This document shows, piece by piece, positions 34,359 to 41,962 of a stretch of DNA of 61,318 nt. The stretch lies in IMG/VR virus record IMGVR_UViG_3300047510_001990, positions 1 through 61,318 of that record, one strand, 5' to 3'. The position numbers and the translations under genes are program-made. This stretch comes from a virus. Taxonomy: Duplodnaviria > Caudoviricetes. Position 1 is the first letter of the stretch; every line of letters begins with the position of its first letter. Under the pieces are notes generated by a model. That model saw only the letters and a list, made by a program, of their open reading frames with translations, did not search any database and had not been told where the DNA came from.

Positions 34359-36748
34359 TCCACGTCCCCCAACCAATACACCTCACCCCCGCCCGCGTTG
34401 AACTGCGCTGCGGGGCTTTTTGTGAGCACGCCCGATTCCGTGGCCGTGTCCATCAAGTCGCGGAACTGCTTTGCCGGCATCTTCATGAGCTTCAACAGCT
34501 TGGAATGCGGCATGGCGCCTGCGGCACAGGCCGCGCCAAAACGCGCGTCGCGGGAATACTTTTTCGCGTGGCGAATAAACTCGATAGCGCGCTTTAACTC
34601 TCCGTCTGTCTGGCTTTCGATCCGGTGTCGGCGCACGGCTCGAACCATCGCGTTGTCATAGTGCCGGACGTAAGCCACCGCCCATTCCATGTGCTGCGCC
34701 TTCACGTCGCGCGCGCCTGGGTCGTCGGCCTTGGCCGCGATCATGGCGAGCTTGAGCGCCTTTTCCAGACTCCGGCCTAGCAACACGTCCAGCCCTTCGC
34801 CCTCGCCCGCCGTCTTGGCGTCGTTTAGCTCGGCCTCAAATGCCTGCATGATCGGCAGGCACGATTCCGAGAACGGAAGCGGGATAACCGTGGCTGGCAA
34901 CTCGGCCACCGACACATCAGACAGATTGCCCATTGCAGCGCCAGACACATGCACAGCCTGACACCACTCCACGACACGGGCCGGGGGGTCGGTGCGATCG
35001 ACAAAGCGGGTGAGCTGGCGCGGCTGCTGCGATTCGACCACGATGCAGCGCCCGAGAAAGCCATCTTTGACCAAATCGCTGGTCAGATTTTCGTAAAAGG
35101 TGCCTGGGGTGGTGGCCCCCAACATCGTGATTGCCGGGTGGTGAATCACCCGTTCTGCCGGCCTCTGTGTGTCTTTGAGTGTCATGGTCGAGTAAGTGGG
35201 CGGGCGCAGGATGCCGTCTTGCCGCCCGAATGCTTCCACGAGCTTATCCAAGGCCGCCTCTGAGTGAGCATTGCCTTTGGCGCGCGAGAGCTTCAGGAGC
35301 TTGCCGATCTCGTCAATGGTCGCAATGTGGGCCGGCGACTTGAGCAGGGCCGAATACACGGCGCCGGCCGAGGTGTAGCCCGATCCACCAATGAGGGTTT
35401 CAAGGTGAGCTGCCGTCAAAACCTTTTCCACGCACTGCTGCGGGTGCTCTTTCCCTTCGGTGGATTTCGCCACCATCACGAGGTAAAGACTTGTGCGGTT
35501 TCCGAACTGGCTACGGTAATTGCGCCCCATCACCACGGAACACAGCGCGACGGCGGCAGCTACGGATAGCTCGGGCTGCGCCTTGGGCGCGGTTTCGGTG
35601 ATCCACCGGGCAATATCGCCCAGGATACCGGGCGGGTTGGCAATGTAGGTCGGGATTGCCGGCGCGGGATCAAGACTCGTCTGCGGGGGCAACATCACCG
35701 GGGCTGGCTGCGGCTTGTGCCAAGGCATCAGCGCAGGCGCCGCTTTTCTCGGGGTCGGTGCCTCGGTCACGGTGCCGGTTCCAACATTTAACAAAAGCGG
35801 CTCCGGCTCTGTCAGGGCAAGGCAATCACGGAGACTTTCTGCGGCTTTGCCAAATGTCAGGCCGTTGGCATACATCACAAGGTCAATGGGGGTCATGCCA
35901 TAGTTGCCGCCCCAATCCCGGATGCCTGCCTCGTTGATTCCGACGTTGGGATTCTTGGCCTGCCGCCACGTCGCCACGCACCGATAACCGCCGCGCTCTG
36001 GTTTAGCAGACGGTACGAGCTTGGGAACCCACTCATCCAGACGTACCAATGCCTGACCGTTGAGGTCACGGAAATACTGCGCCTGTATCGACAATTCGAC
36101 ACTGATCTTGCCGCCGTCATCGCGCGCTGCGGGTGCCTTCTTTTGAAACTCCCGATCTTTCTCGGTCTGATAGGGCGCAAGCACGCGCGCCACTTGATCG
36201 AGAAAATCGTCCGGGAGCTTGGGCAGGTCCGTGACGTTGGTAATGGTGTCGAGCGCGTCGGGGCTGATCCAGACGTAGGAACACCCGGACGGGTGCGCGG
36301 TCGGAGGCACCACGGTTTGCCGGCCGTCTGAAAGAACGTCCAACACGCGCTGCCCGCCTACGTCAAAGGAACACGACTTCTCGCCGTTGTACTGATAGAA
36401 CCGCGTCCAGCCCTTCTCGCCTTTCTTGGCGATTGGGCTGTACGGGATTAACTGCAACAGCGCGTCATTGCCGCCGGGTAGGTCGTAGTCTTTGTCCAAC
36501 CCGGTGAGCTTTGAGAGCTTTCCGAGCACGACACCGATACCGGCACCCGGCCACTGCGACCAAATTTCCAGTTCAATTTCTGTGGGCATCCGTTCGGCGT
36601 ATTTGGTCCAGTCTGGCATACCGCGCCAGCCGGTTTCGGCCGAATAAACACCCGGTTTTTTGGTGCCTGGGGCAATAGGCACCACGCTTATGCCTCGTTC
36701 GATGAACTTCCAAGCGAAAGCGGCGAACGTAGATTCGTTTTCTGCCAA
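34355..36748 (-). CDS. Bifunctional primase-polymerase fused to DUF3987-like helicase, 797 aa
   Basis: VVPIAPGTKKP, GIGVVLG, DKD, QTVVPPTAHPSG..Y.W; AKSTEGKE, IDEIG, GATTP, DGFLGR. Confidence 0.88.
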   Translation of the reverse strand: MAENESTFAAFAWKFIERGISVVPIAPGTKKPGVYSAETGWRGMPDWTKYAERMPTEIELEIWSQWPGAGIGVVLGKLSKLTGLDKDYDLPGGNDALLQLIPYSPIAKKGEKGWTRFYQYNGEKSCSFDVGGQRVLDVLSDGRQTVVPPTAHPSGCSYVWISPDALDTITNVTDLPKLPDDFLDQVARVLAPYQTEKDREFQKKAPAARDDGGKISVELSIQAQYFRDLNGQALVRLDEWVPKLVPSAKPERGGYRCVATWRQAKNPNVGINEAGIRDWGGNYGMTPIDLVMYANGLTFGKAAESLRDCLALTEPEPLLLNVGTGTVTEAPTPRKAAPALMPWHKPQPAPVMLPPQTSLDPAPAIPTYIANPPGILGDIARWITETAPKAQPELSVAAAVALCSVVMGRNYRSQFGNRTSLYLVMVAKSTEGKEHPQQCVEKVLTAAHLETLIGGSGYTSAGAVYSALLKSPAHIATIDEIGKLLKLSRAKGNAHSEAALDKLVEAFGRQDGILRPPTYSTMTLKDTQRPAERVIHHPAITMLGATTPGTFYENLTSDLVKDGFLGRCIVVESQQPRQLTRFVDRTDPPARVVEWCQAVHVSGAAMGNLSDVSVAELPATVIPLPFSESCLPIMQAFEAELNDAKTAGEGEGLDVLLGRSLEKALKLAMIAAKADDPGARDVKAQHMEWAVAYVRHYDNAMVRAVRRHRIESQTDGELKRAIEFIRHAKKYSRDARFGAACAAGAMPHSKLLKLMKMPAKQFRDLMDTATESGVLTKSPAAQFNAGGGEVYWLGDVD

Positions 36749-36787
36749 CTTGCACAGCCTCCCTGTTTGTTACGAGTCGCAGTATTT

Positions 36788-37081
36788 TTATTCGTCGCAC
36801 TCGTCCTCGATGAAGTAGTCAGGCACCCGTCGCTTCAGGTGCATGTCCTCCACCTTTCTTCTTACCTCCGTCTGTCGGCGCTTCCGATCTGCCGCTGTGA
36901 TCGATCGCGACTGCTTTTGAGGCGCCACTACCACCTGCTGCGGCTTCGCGGCGACCATCTCAAACCGCTCCACCGTAATGTGTTTCTTTCCACACGCCTT
37001 GCACTTCCGGTACCGCTTTACTTCACTGCCTGACTTCCTAGAATCAACAACATGAGTAGAGCCACCGCATATGCAATTCAC
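36788..37081 (-). CDS. Zn-ribbon (NrdR-N/Ogr-like) regulator, 97 aa
   Basis: CICG..THVVDSR...RYRKCKACG...TVE; GAGG SD. Confidence 0.75.
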   Translation of the reverse strand: MNCICGGSTHVVDSRKSGSEVKRYRKCKACGKKHITVERFEMVAAKPQQVVVAPQKQSRSITAADRKRRQTEVRRKVEDMHLKRRVPDYFIEDECDE

Positions 37082-37095
37082 GTTTCCTCTCTCCT

Positions 37096-37197
37096 TTATA
37101 CGTCGTCAGAATCATCTGAACTTTTGGCAATGTGCATTAACGCCATCACAATCATTCCGCAAAACCCTCCAACCACAAACGCCACAACGACCGCCAT
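37096..37197 (-). CDS. 33-aa membrane peptide
   Basis: AAGGA SD; VVAFVVGGFCGMIVMALM. Confidence 0.55.
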   Translation of the reverse strand: MAVVVAFVVGGFCGMIVMALMHIAKSSDDSDDV

Positions 37198-37198
37198 T

Positions 37199-37423
37199 TC
37201 AATTCCTTTCCGGTTGAACCATGTCAGGCCGCACAATCCCAAGCGGCAACCCGGCCAAAATTGCCACTGTCATCGCATGGCGGGCAGGTATTCGCCCGCT
37301 CCACTTCGTTACCGACTGAATCGACACTCCGCAGGCGCGCGCGACTGCTGCCTTGCCGCCGGCGATGCCGATTACCCCCTCCACGGTCAAACCAACCGGG
37401 CTTTCATGCTCTTTTATTGTCAT
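37199..37423 (-). CDS. cro: Cro/YdaS-like regulator, 74 aa
   Basis: GGKAAVARACGVSIQSVTKW..RIP...RPD; divergent from repressor. Confidence 0.85.
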   Translation of the reverse strand: MTIKEHESPVGLTVEGVIGIAGGKAAVARACGVSIQSVTKWSGRIPARHAMTVAILAGLPLGIVRPDMVQPERN

Positions 37424-37428
37424 AAACA

Positions 37429-37448
37429 AAGGTGAGAAAAACTCAACC
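37429..37448. promoter_or_regulatory. Operator in cI-cro gap; exact inverted copy at 38189-38208
   Basis: AAGGTGAGAAAAACTCAACC; a degenerate second site TTGCG-N5-CTCAT lies at ~37477. Confidence 0.8.
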
Positions 37449-37522
37449 TTATTATTGAAGCACAAAAGCATGTGCCATTGCGTTTTTCTCATGTAGCATA
37501 GTGGGACGAATCGACCCCACGA

Positions 37523-38158
37523 GTGAGCGACCGAACCATGACTACGGTACTGGCGCAACGGCTGCGCGCTGCGCGCACCTCCATTTACCCAAGCGTCACT
37601 CAACGTGACGTTGCCAAGCGGCTCGGCTTATCTCCATCGGCTATTACCCTGTGGGAAAAGGGCCGCACGCAACCGAGCGCCGAACACTTGGCCGAGCTTT
37701 CCAAATGGTTCCAGGTCAGCACTGACTGGCTGCTAGGCGTCGAGGCAACCACACCGGCCCGCAGCACGCATAAACCCCCGCTTTACACAGTGCCCGTTGT
37801 ACCCGCCTCCGCCCTCTTAAAATGGCGCTGGGACGCGATTTCCGAGCTACTGCAAACCTCGGTGTCATACCCGGCCAACACGGCCGCCGCGATGCTGGTG
37901 TCGAGCGACGCGCTCACCTCATCCTGCCCGACCGGATGCTATGCCGTCATATGCAAGGGCGACGGCGCGCGGCCTGGGCAAGTGGTACTCGCCAGCGTAT
38001 CGCGTGCGGGCGATCCAGTGCTGCGAAAATACATCCGGGAAGGCGGCGATGAAATGCTCGTTGCCGATGACACGCGCTACCCGTCATACCGCCTGCGCGA
38101 TGGCGTTCGCATCCTCGGGCGCCTCTCCGAAATCACCGTTCGTCGCAGATTTTCATAA
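37523..38158 (+). CDS. cI: CI-like repressor (XRE HTH plus degenerate S24 domain)
   Basis: TQRDVAKRLGLSPSAITLWEKGRTQP...DWLLG; S24-like C-terminal domain (PGQVVLA, ILGRL). Confidence 0.88.
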   Translation: MSDRTMTTVLAQRLRAARTSIYPSVTQRDVAKRLGLSPSAITLWEKGRTQPSAEHLAELSKWFQVSTDWLLGVEATTPARSTHKPPLYTVPVVPASALLKWRWDAISELLQTSVSYPANTAAAMLVSSDALTSSCPTGCYAVICKGDGARPGQVVLASVSRAGDPVLRKYIREGGDEMLVADDTRYPSYRLRDGVRILGRLSEITVRRRFS

Positions 38159-38188
38159 CCCGTATGTGGGACGTTATGTTGCCAAAAT

Positions 38189-38208
38189 GGTTGAGTTTTT
38201 CTCACCTT
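38189..38208. promoter_or_regulatory. Operator upstream of the recombination/replication operon
   Basis: GGTTGAGTTTTTCTCACCTT, reverse complement of 37429-37448. Confidence 0.8.
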
Positions 38209-38253
38209 GTGCATAACATGACGCAACCTACTGACCCAACGAAGGAAGGAAAC

Positions 38254-38643
38254 ATGGAAACGAAGGAACTGGCACAGCAATGGCTGGATGCCAAACGCCG
38301 CGAGCGCGAGGCCAATGCCGACCGCATCAAGATTGAGGAGCAGATTGTCTCTGCCCTAGGGAAGCGCGACGAAGGCGCTCAATCGCACAAGATTGAGGGC
38401 TTTAAAATCACCGTCACCGGCAAGGTGACTCGCAAGATGGACTGGGACAAGTGGGAGCTGGTGAAAGACCAGATCCCCGAACAACTGCGCCCGGTCAAAT
38501 TCAAACCCGAGCTTGATGACAAGGGGGTGAAGTACCTCCAGGCCAACGAGCCGGCTGTCTATCGGCTTTTGCCAATCACCGTCACGCCCGCAAAAACCGG
38601 CGTGGAAATTACCGCCGAGGGGAATGATGGAAGTGGGTATTGA
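38254..38643 (+). CDS. Conserved phage protein of Sak4 modules, 129 aa
   Basis: AAGGA SD; WLDAK..E..A...R..IE. Confidence 0.75.
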   Translation: METKELAQQWLDAKRREREANADRIKIEEQIVSALGKRDEGAQSHKIEGFKITVTGKVTRKMDWDKWELVKDQIPEQLRPVKFKPELDDKGVKYLQANEPAVYRLLPITVTPAKTGVEITAEGNDGSGY

Positions 38644-38806
38644 GAACATGACGCTGCGCGATTACTTCGCAGCCAAGGCATTACCGGCAGTTTATGAGCA
38701 CTGGAAAAGAGGCACCCCGGTCGGGGTTGCTATGGAATTGGAGGATTGGGTGGCGACACACGCTTACATGATGGCCGACGCAATGATGATAGCAAGGGGG
38801 GAATAA
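38624..38806 (+). CDS. Conserved small phage protein
   Basis: MTLRDYFAAKAL...AYMMADAM motif. Confidence 0.8.
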   Translation: MMEVGIENMTLRDYFAAKALPAVYEHWKRGTPVGVAMELEDWVATHAYMMADAMMIARGE

Positions 38807-39042
38807 TGGCAACAGCATCTATCACCATCAGCGACGACGAGGCAACCGGCCAAGTCACCGTAGCGGCTGACTTCGGGGACGTGATCGACGGCAACAGTCA
38901 GGCACACGGGATGATCTACACCCTGCTGCAAAGTGTCCTGGGGACGGCTAAGAATTACACCGCCATCGAGGACACGGCCGGCGACCTGAACGGGCAGAGC
39001 GCGGAGCCGAGTCGGATTATCACGAACGAAGGGGGTGCGTGA
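38806..39042 (+). CDS. Hypothetical protein
   Basis: TAATG coupling. Confidence 0.65.
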   Translation: MATASITISDDEATGQVTVAADFGDVIDGNSQAHGMIYTLLQSVLGTAKNYTAIEDTAGDLNGQSAEPSRIITNEGGA

Positions 39043-39347
39043 TGTTTTATTACGAGACTCCGCCTCAAGACTTTTTTGAGGGAATGGTTCGGATGGATGA
39101 AATCGTTAAGCAAGACGTTCCTATCGTTCGTCTGTTTCACACGGCTATGAGTGCTGCCAAGGTTTTTGGCAAGAGGTGGGAAGGCGATATTCGCGGCAAA
39201 GAGTTGTATGTATTCGCCCTTCCCGACCCAGAAAGAGCTTCAACGGTATATGGCTTGGTGTGGAAGCAGGAAAATGGCGGAACGACATTCATCGCGTCAC
39301 CGGCCCATTTGCATTGGTTGGCCGACTTTCTGATCTGGGGGGACTGA
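39039..39347 (+). CDS. Hypothetical protein
   Basis: Coupled ORF; KQENGGTTFIASP. Confidence 0.7.
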   Translation: MMFYYETPPQDFFEGMVRMDEIVKQDVPIVRLFHTAMSAAKVFGKRWEGDIRGKELYVFALPDPERASTVYGLVWKQENGGTTFIASPAHLHWLADFLIWGD

Positions 39348-39350
39348 ACC

Positions 39351-40091
39351 GTGGCATTCGACCTGAACTCAATCAAGAAGGGCAAAAGCATCCACGCCCC
39401 GCGTGTGTTTCTCTACGCCACCCACGGCATCGGGAAAAGCACTTGGGCGGCAGGCGCACCCGATCCCATCTTTATCTGTACCGAGGACGGCCTGGGCAGC
39501 ATCGACACGTCGAGCTTTCCGATTGCAACCAAAAGCGCCGACGTGATGGCAGCGATCGCCACGCTCTACAACGAAAAGCACGATTACAAGACCGTGGTGC
39601 TTGATTCTGTGGATTGGCTGGAAAACATCATCGCCAAGGAAATCGAGGACACGCATGACGCGAAGGAACTCGCTTACGGCAAGTTTGCGGTGATGCTGGC
39701 CGACAAGTGGCGCAAAGTGCTGGAAGGTCTGGACGCACTGCGCAATGAAAGGAACATGGCCGTGATTCTGATCGGGCACTGCGAGATCAAGCGGTTTGAC
39801 TCGCCCGAGGTGGAACCCTACGACCGCTACCAGCCGAAGCTGCAATCGCGTGCTTCCGCACTGGTGCAGGAGTGGGCCGACGCGGTGATGTTTGCCAACT
39901 TCCGCACCATCGTCAAAAAGGACGACGTAGGTTTCAACAAGTCGGTGTCCAGGGGTATCACCACGGGCGAGCGATTGCTCTACACCCAAGAGACACCGGC
40001 CTATTACGCGAAGAATCGGTATGAACTGCCTCCCGTCCTGCCGCTGGATTGGAATGCTTTTGCCAGTGCAATGGCAAATTCTGCTGCCTGA
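39351..40091 (+). CDS. Sak4-like AAA_24 ATPase / ssDNA annealing protein
   Basis: YATHGIGKST, TEDG, VVLDSVDWLE, EWADAV, AKNR. Confidence 0.88.
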   Translation: MAFDLNSIKKGKSIHAPRVFLYATHGIGKSTWAAGAPDPIFICTEDGLGSIDTSSFPIATKSADVMAAIATLYNEKHDYKTVVLDSVDWLENIIAKEIEDTHDAKELAYGKFAVMLADKWRKVLEGLDALRNERNMAVILIGHCEIKRFDSPEVEPYDRYQPKLQSRASALVQEWADAVMFANFRTIVKKDDVGFNKSVSRGITTGERLLYTQETPAYYAKNRYELPPVLPLDWNAFASAMANSAA

Positions 40092-40130
40092 TCGATTGAT
40101 GTTTTCTCACACTGAAGAAAGGAAGTAATT

Positions 40131-40607
40131 ATGGCTGACCTATCCGGCTTTGACGCATCACAAGTACCCGAACAGACCGAGTTTTCCGCGCTGCCCGAGG
40201 GGCAATACATCGTCATGGCCACGGCTTCGGAGATGAAGCCGACCAAGAAGGGCGACGGCGCTTACCTGCAAATCACCTTTGAGGTGATCGACGGCACCTA
40301 CAAGGGCCGGAAGCTGTGGGCGCGTCTGAATCTGAAGAACAGCAACAAGACCGCCGTGGATATTGCCCAGCGCGAGCTGGCCGCAATCTGCCGCGCCGTG
40401 AATGTCATCAAGCCCAACGATTCCGCCGAGCTGCATAACCGGCCGCTTCTTATCACGGTTGGTGTCGAGATTGACGACCGCAACCGCGAAAACAACACGG
40501 TCAAGAAGTACGAGCCGACCAGCGCGGCCGGCACGGTTGGATTCGCGCCGGCTGCTGTCGTCGCACAACAACCGGCAGCGCCCGTTGTCCCGCCCTGGCA
40601 GAAGTGA
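40131..40607 (+). CDS. DUF669 ssDNA-binding protein
   Basis: LPEGQY, YLQITFEVIDG.YKGRK.W..LNL, PPWQK tail. Confidence 0.85.
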   Translation: MADLSGFDASQVPEQTEFSALPEGQYIVMATASEMKPTKKGDGAYLQITFEVIDGTYKGRKLWARLNLKNSNKTAVDIAQRELAAICRAVNVIKPNDSAELHNRPLLITVGVEIDDRNRENNTVKKYEPTSAAGTVGFAPAAVVAQQPAAPVVPPWQK

Positions 40608-40614
40608 GGCGGAC

Positions 40615-40869
40615 ATGACAGCAAACATGAAAAGGACAGATGCCGACATTGATGCGGTCATCCACGACGAGGCGTACTACGTCTTTCCGGGCACTACCGT
40701 CACGGTGTGCTGCCTGACCCTGAAAAACGGGTTCAGCGTGATCGGGGAAAGCGCGTGCATCAGCTTTGATTATTTCGACCGGGAAATCGGGCAAAAGATC
40801 GCCCGAGAAAACGCTCGCCAAAAGATTTGGGCGCTCGAAGGCTATCGAATCAAGTCCGAGTCGGTTTAA
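40615..40869 (+). CDS. Phage Gp49-family protein
   Basis: TVCCLTLKNGFSVIGESAC..FDREIGQKIA...IWALEGY. Confidence 0.85.
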   Translation: MTANMKRTDADIDAVIHDEAYYVFPGTTVTVCCLTLKNGFSVIGESACISFDYFDREIGQKIARENARQKIWALEGYRIKSESV

Positions 40870-40907
40870 GCAAAAACTTTTTACCCTAACAAAACGAAAG
40901 GCAATAA

Positions 40908-41129
40908 GTGAATCCGAATCAAGTAAATATCAACTACACCCTGAACCTCGATCAAGTGAATCTGATTGTCACCGCGCTTGGCAAGCTGCCGTTCGAGCAA
41001 GTGGAGCAATTTGTTGTGGCCTTCCGCAGCGTGGCAGTGAAGGCGTTGCAAGAGGCCCAAGAAGCGGCCAAGGCGGCGGAACCCGATGCAGTTGCGGCCG
41101 AGGGGATGGTTGAGGCTGGTGCGGAGTAA
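40908..41129 (+). CDS. Hypothetical protein, 73 aa
   Basis: ALGKLPFEQV motif. Confidence 0.7.
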   Translation: MNPNQVNINYTLNLDQVNLIVTALGKLPFEQVEQFVVAFRSVAVKALQEAQEAAKAAEPDAVAAEGMVEAGAE

Positions 41130-41130
41130 A

Positions 41131-41410
41131 TAGCGCACGCCGACCCTCCCTCGGTGTGATCGCGTCAAACCCTGACGTGCGCTGTATGGGTGACAGCCGG
41201 AAAGACGGCACCAACACGCATGGGGATTCGGGCATTCACTTGCCCATCCGGTAAATCCGCAGCGGAGGGGAATCCCCAGCCGTGTTGGTGAATGCGCAGG
41301 CTGATGCGCGAAGCATGTAAGCGGTTGAGGCCGACGGGCGTAGATCATGGGCGGGTGAAAAAGACCGCAAACAAATACCGCAAGCCGGAGTTCAGTACCG
41401 GCCACCAACT
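41131..41410 (+). ncRNA. Structured RNA unit 1 ending in a tRNA-like domain (41284-41410)
   Basis: Three-way junction, GTGACA-GCCG-GAAAGA-CGGC hairpin, long stem, GTTGGTG/CACCAAC acceptor and GCCGG/CCGGC T-like arm. Confidence 0.65.
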
Positions 41411-41592
41411 AGGCGCCAGACAGCCGAAACTCGAAGGAAACGGAAGGGGCAACTAACCCTTGGTCTGGAAAAGTTGTGACACCCCGGAATAGACGGGGAC
41501 TAACAAGCAGGGGGATTGGCTAGTCAGGGAAATCCAAGCGGGTACATGCCACTGGCCCGCCCATACAGGAATGCCCACCAGTCCCCCTCCTT
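41411..41592 (+). ncRNA. Structured leader of RNA unit 2 (same scaffold as unit 1)
   Basis: CCAGAC/GTCTGG junction, GTGACA-CCCCG-GAATAGA-CGGGG hairpin, AGGGGGATTGG/CCAGTCCCCCT stem. Confidence 0.6.
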
Positions 41593-41667
41593 GTTGGTGT
41601 AGCTCAAACAGGTAGAGCACGCGCCGCTTCCAAGCGCCCGATGCCGGTTCAAGTCCGGCCACCAACA
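41593..41667 (+). tRNA. tRNA or tRNA-like gene with aberrant anticodon arm (TCC/Gly-like, 9-nt loop)
   Basis: Acceptor GTTGGTG/CACCAAC+A, D arm GCTC..GAGC, T arm GCCGG-TTCAAGT-CCGGC; anticodon arm GCGC-CGCTTCCAA-GCGC. Confidence 0.75.
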
Positions 41668-41692
41668 CCCACCATCAACACGGAGCGAACGA

Positions 41693-41962
41693 ATGGATTA
41701 CGGAAAGGAAGTAGCGAAGATGCTGGAACACCTCGGGCAACACCCGTCACCGGAAGCACTGACGTATTTCGTTCGTTGCCTGTCATTCGGACTCGCGCAC
41801 GCCACCACGTTCGTCAATACGATCGAAGTGCAGGAAGAATTGCTGGAGTGCATCTTCGATGCCACCCGCAGCGAGGCCAAGGCGGCGTTCAAAGAAACGC
41901 ACCCAATGACCGACACCGAGTTTCTTCGGGATTACTTTAACCCGGAGAAATTCAATGGCTGA
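41693..41962 (+). CDS. Hypothetical protein, 89 aa
   Basis: GGAG SD; helical. Confidence 0.7.
   Translation: MDYGKEVAKMLEHLGQHPSPEALTYFVRCLSFGLAHATTFVNTIEVQEELLECIFDATRSEAKAAFKETHPMTDTEFLRDYFNPEKFNG

Noticed and set aside
37429-38208. Invertible segment carrying the repressor
   Set aside because: The inverted repeats are quasi-palindromes matching other dispersed sites; operators are the simpler explanation and no invertase was seen
41411-41470. Hammerhead ribozyme (CGAAAC present)
   Set aside because: No CTGANGA core at the junction
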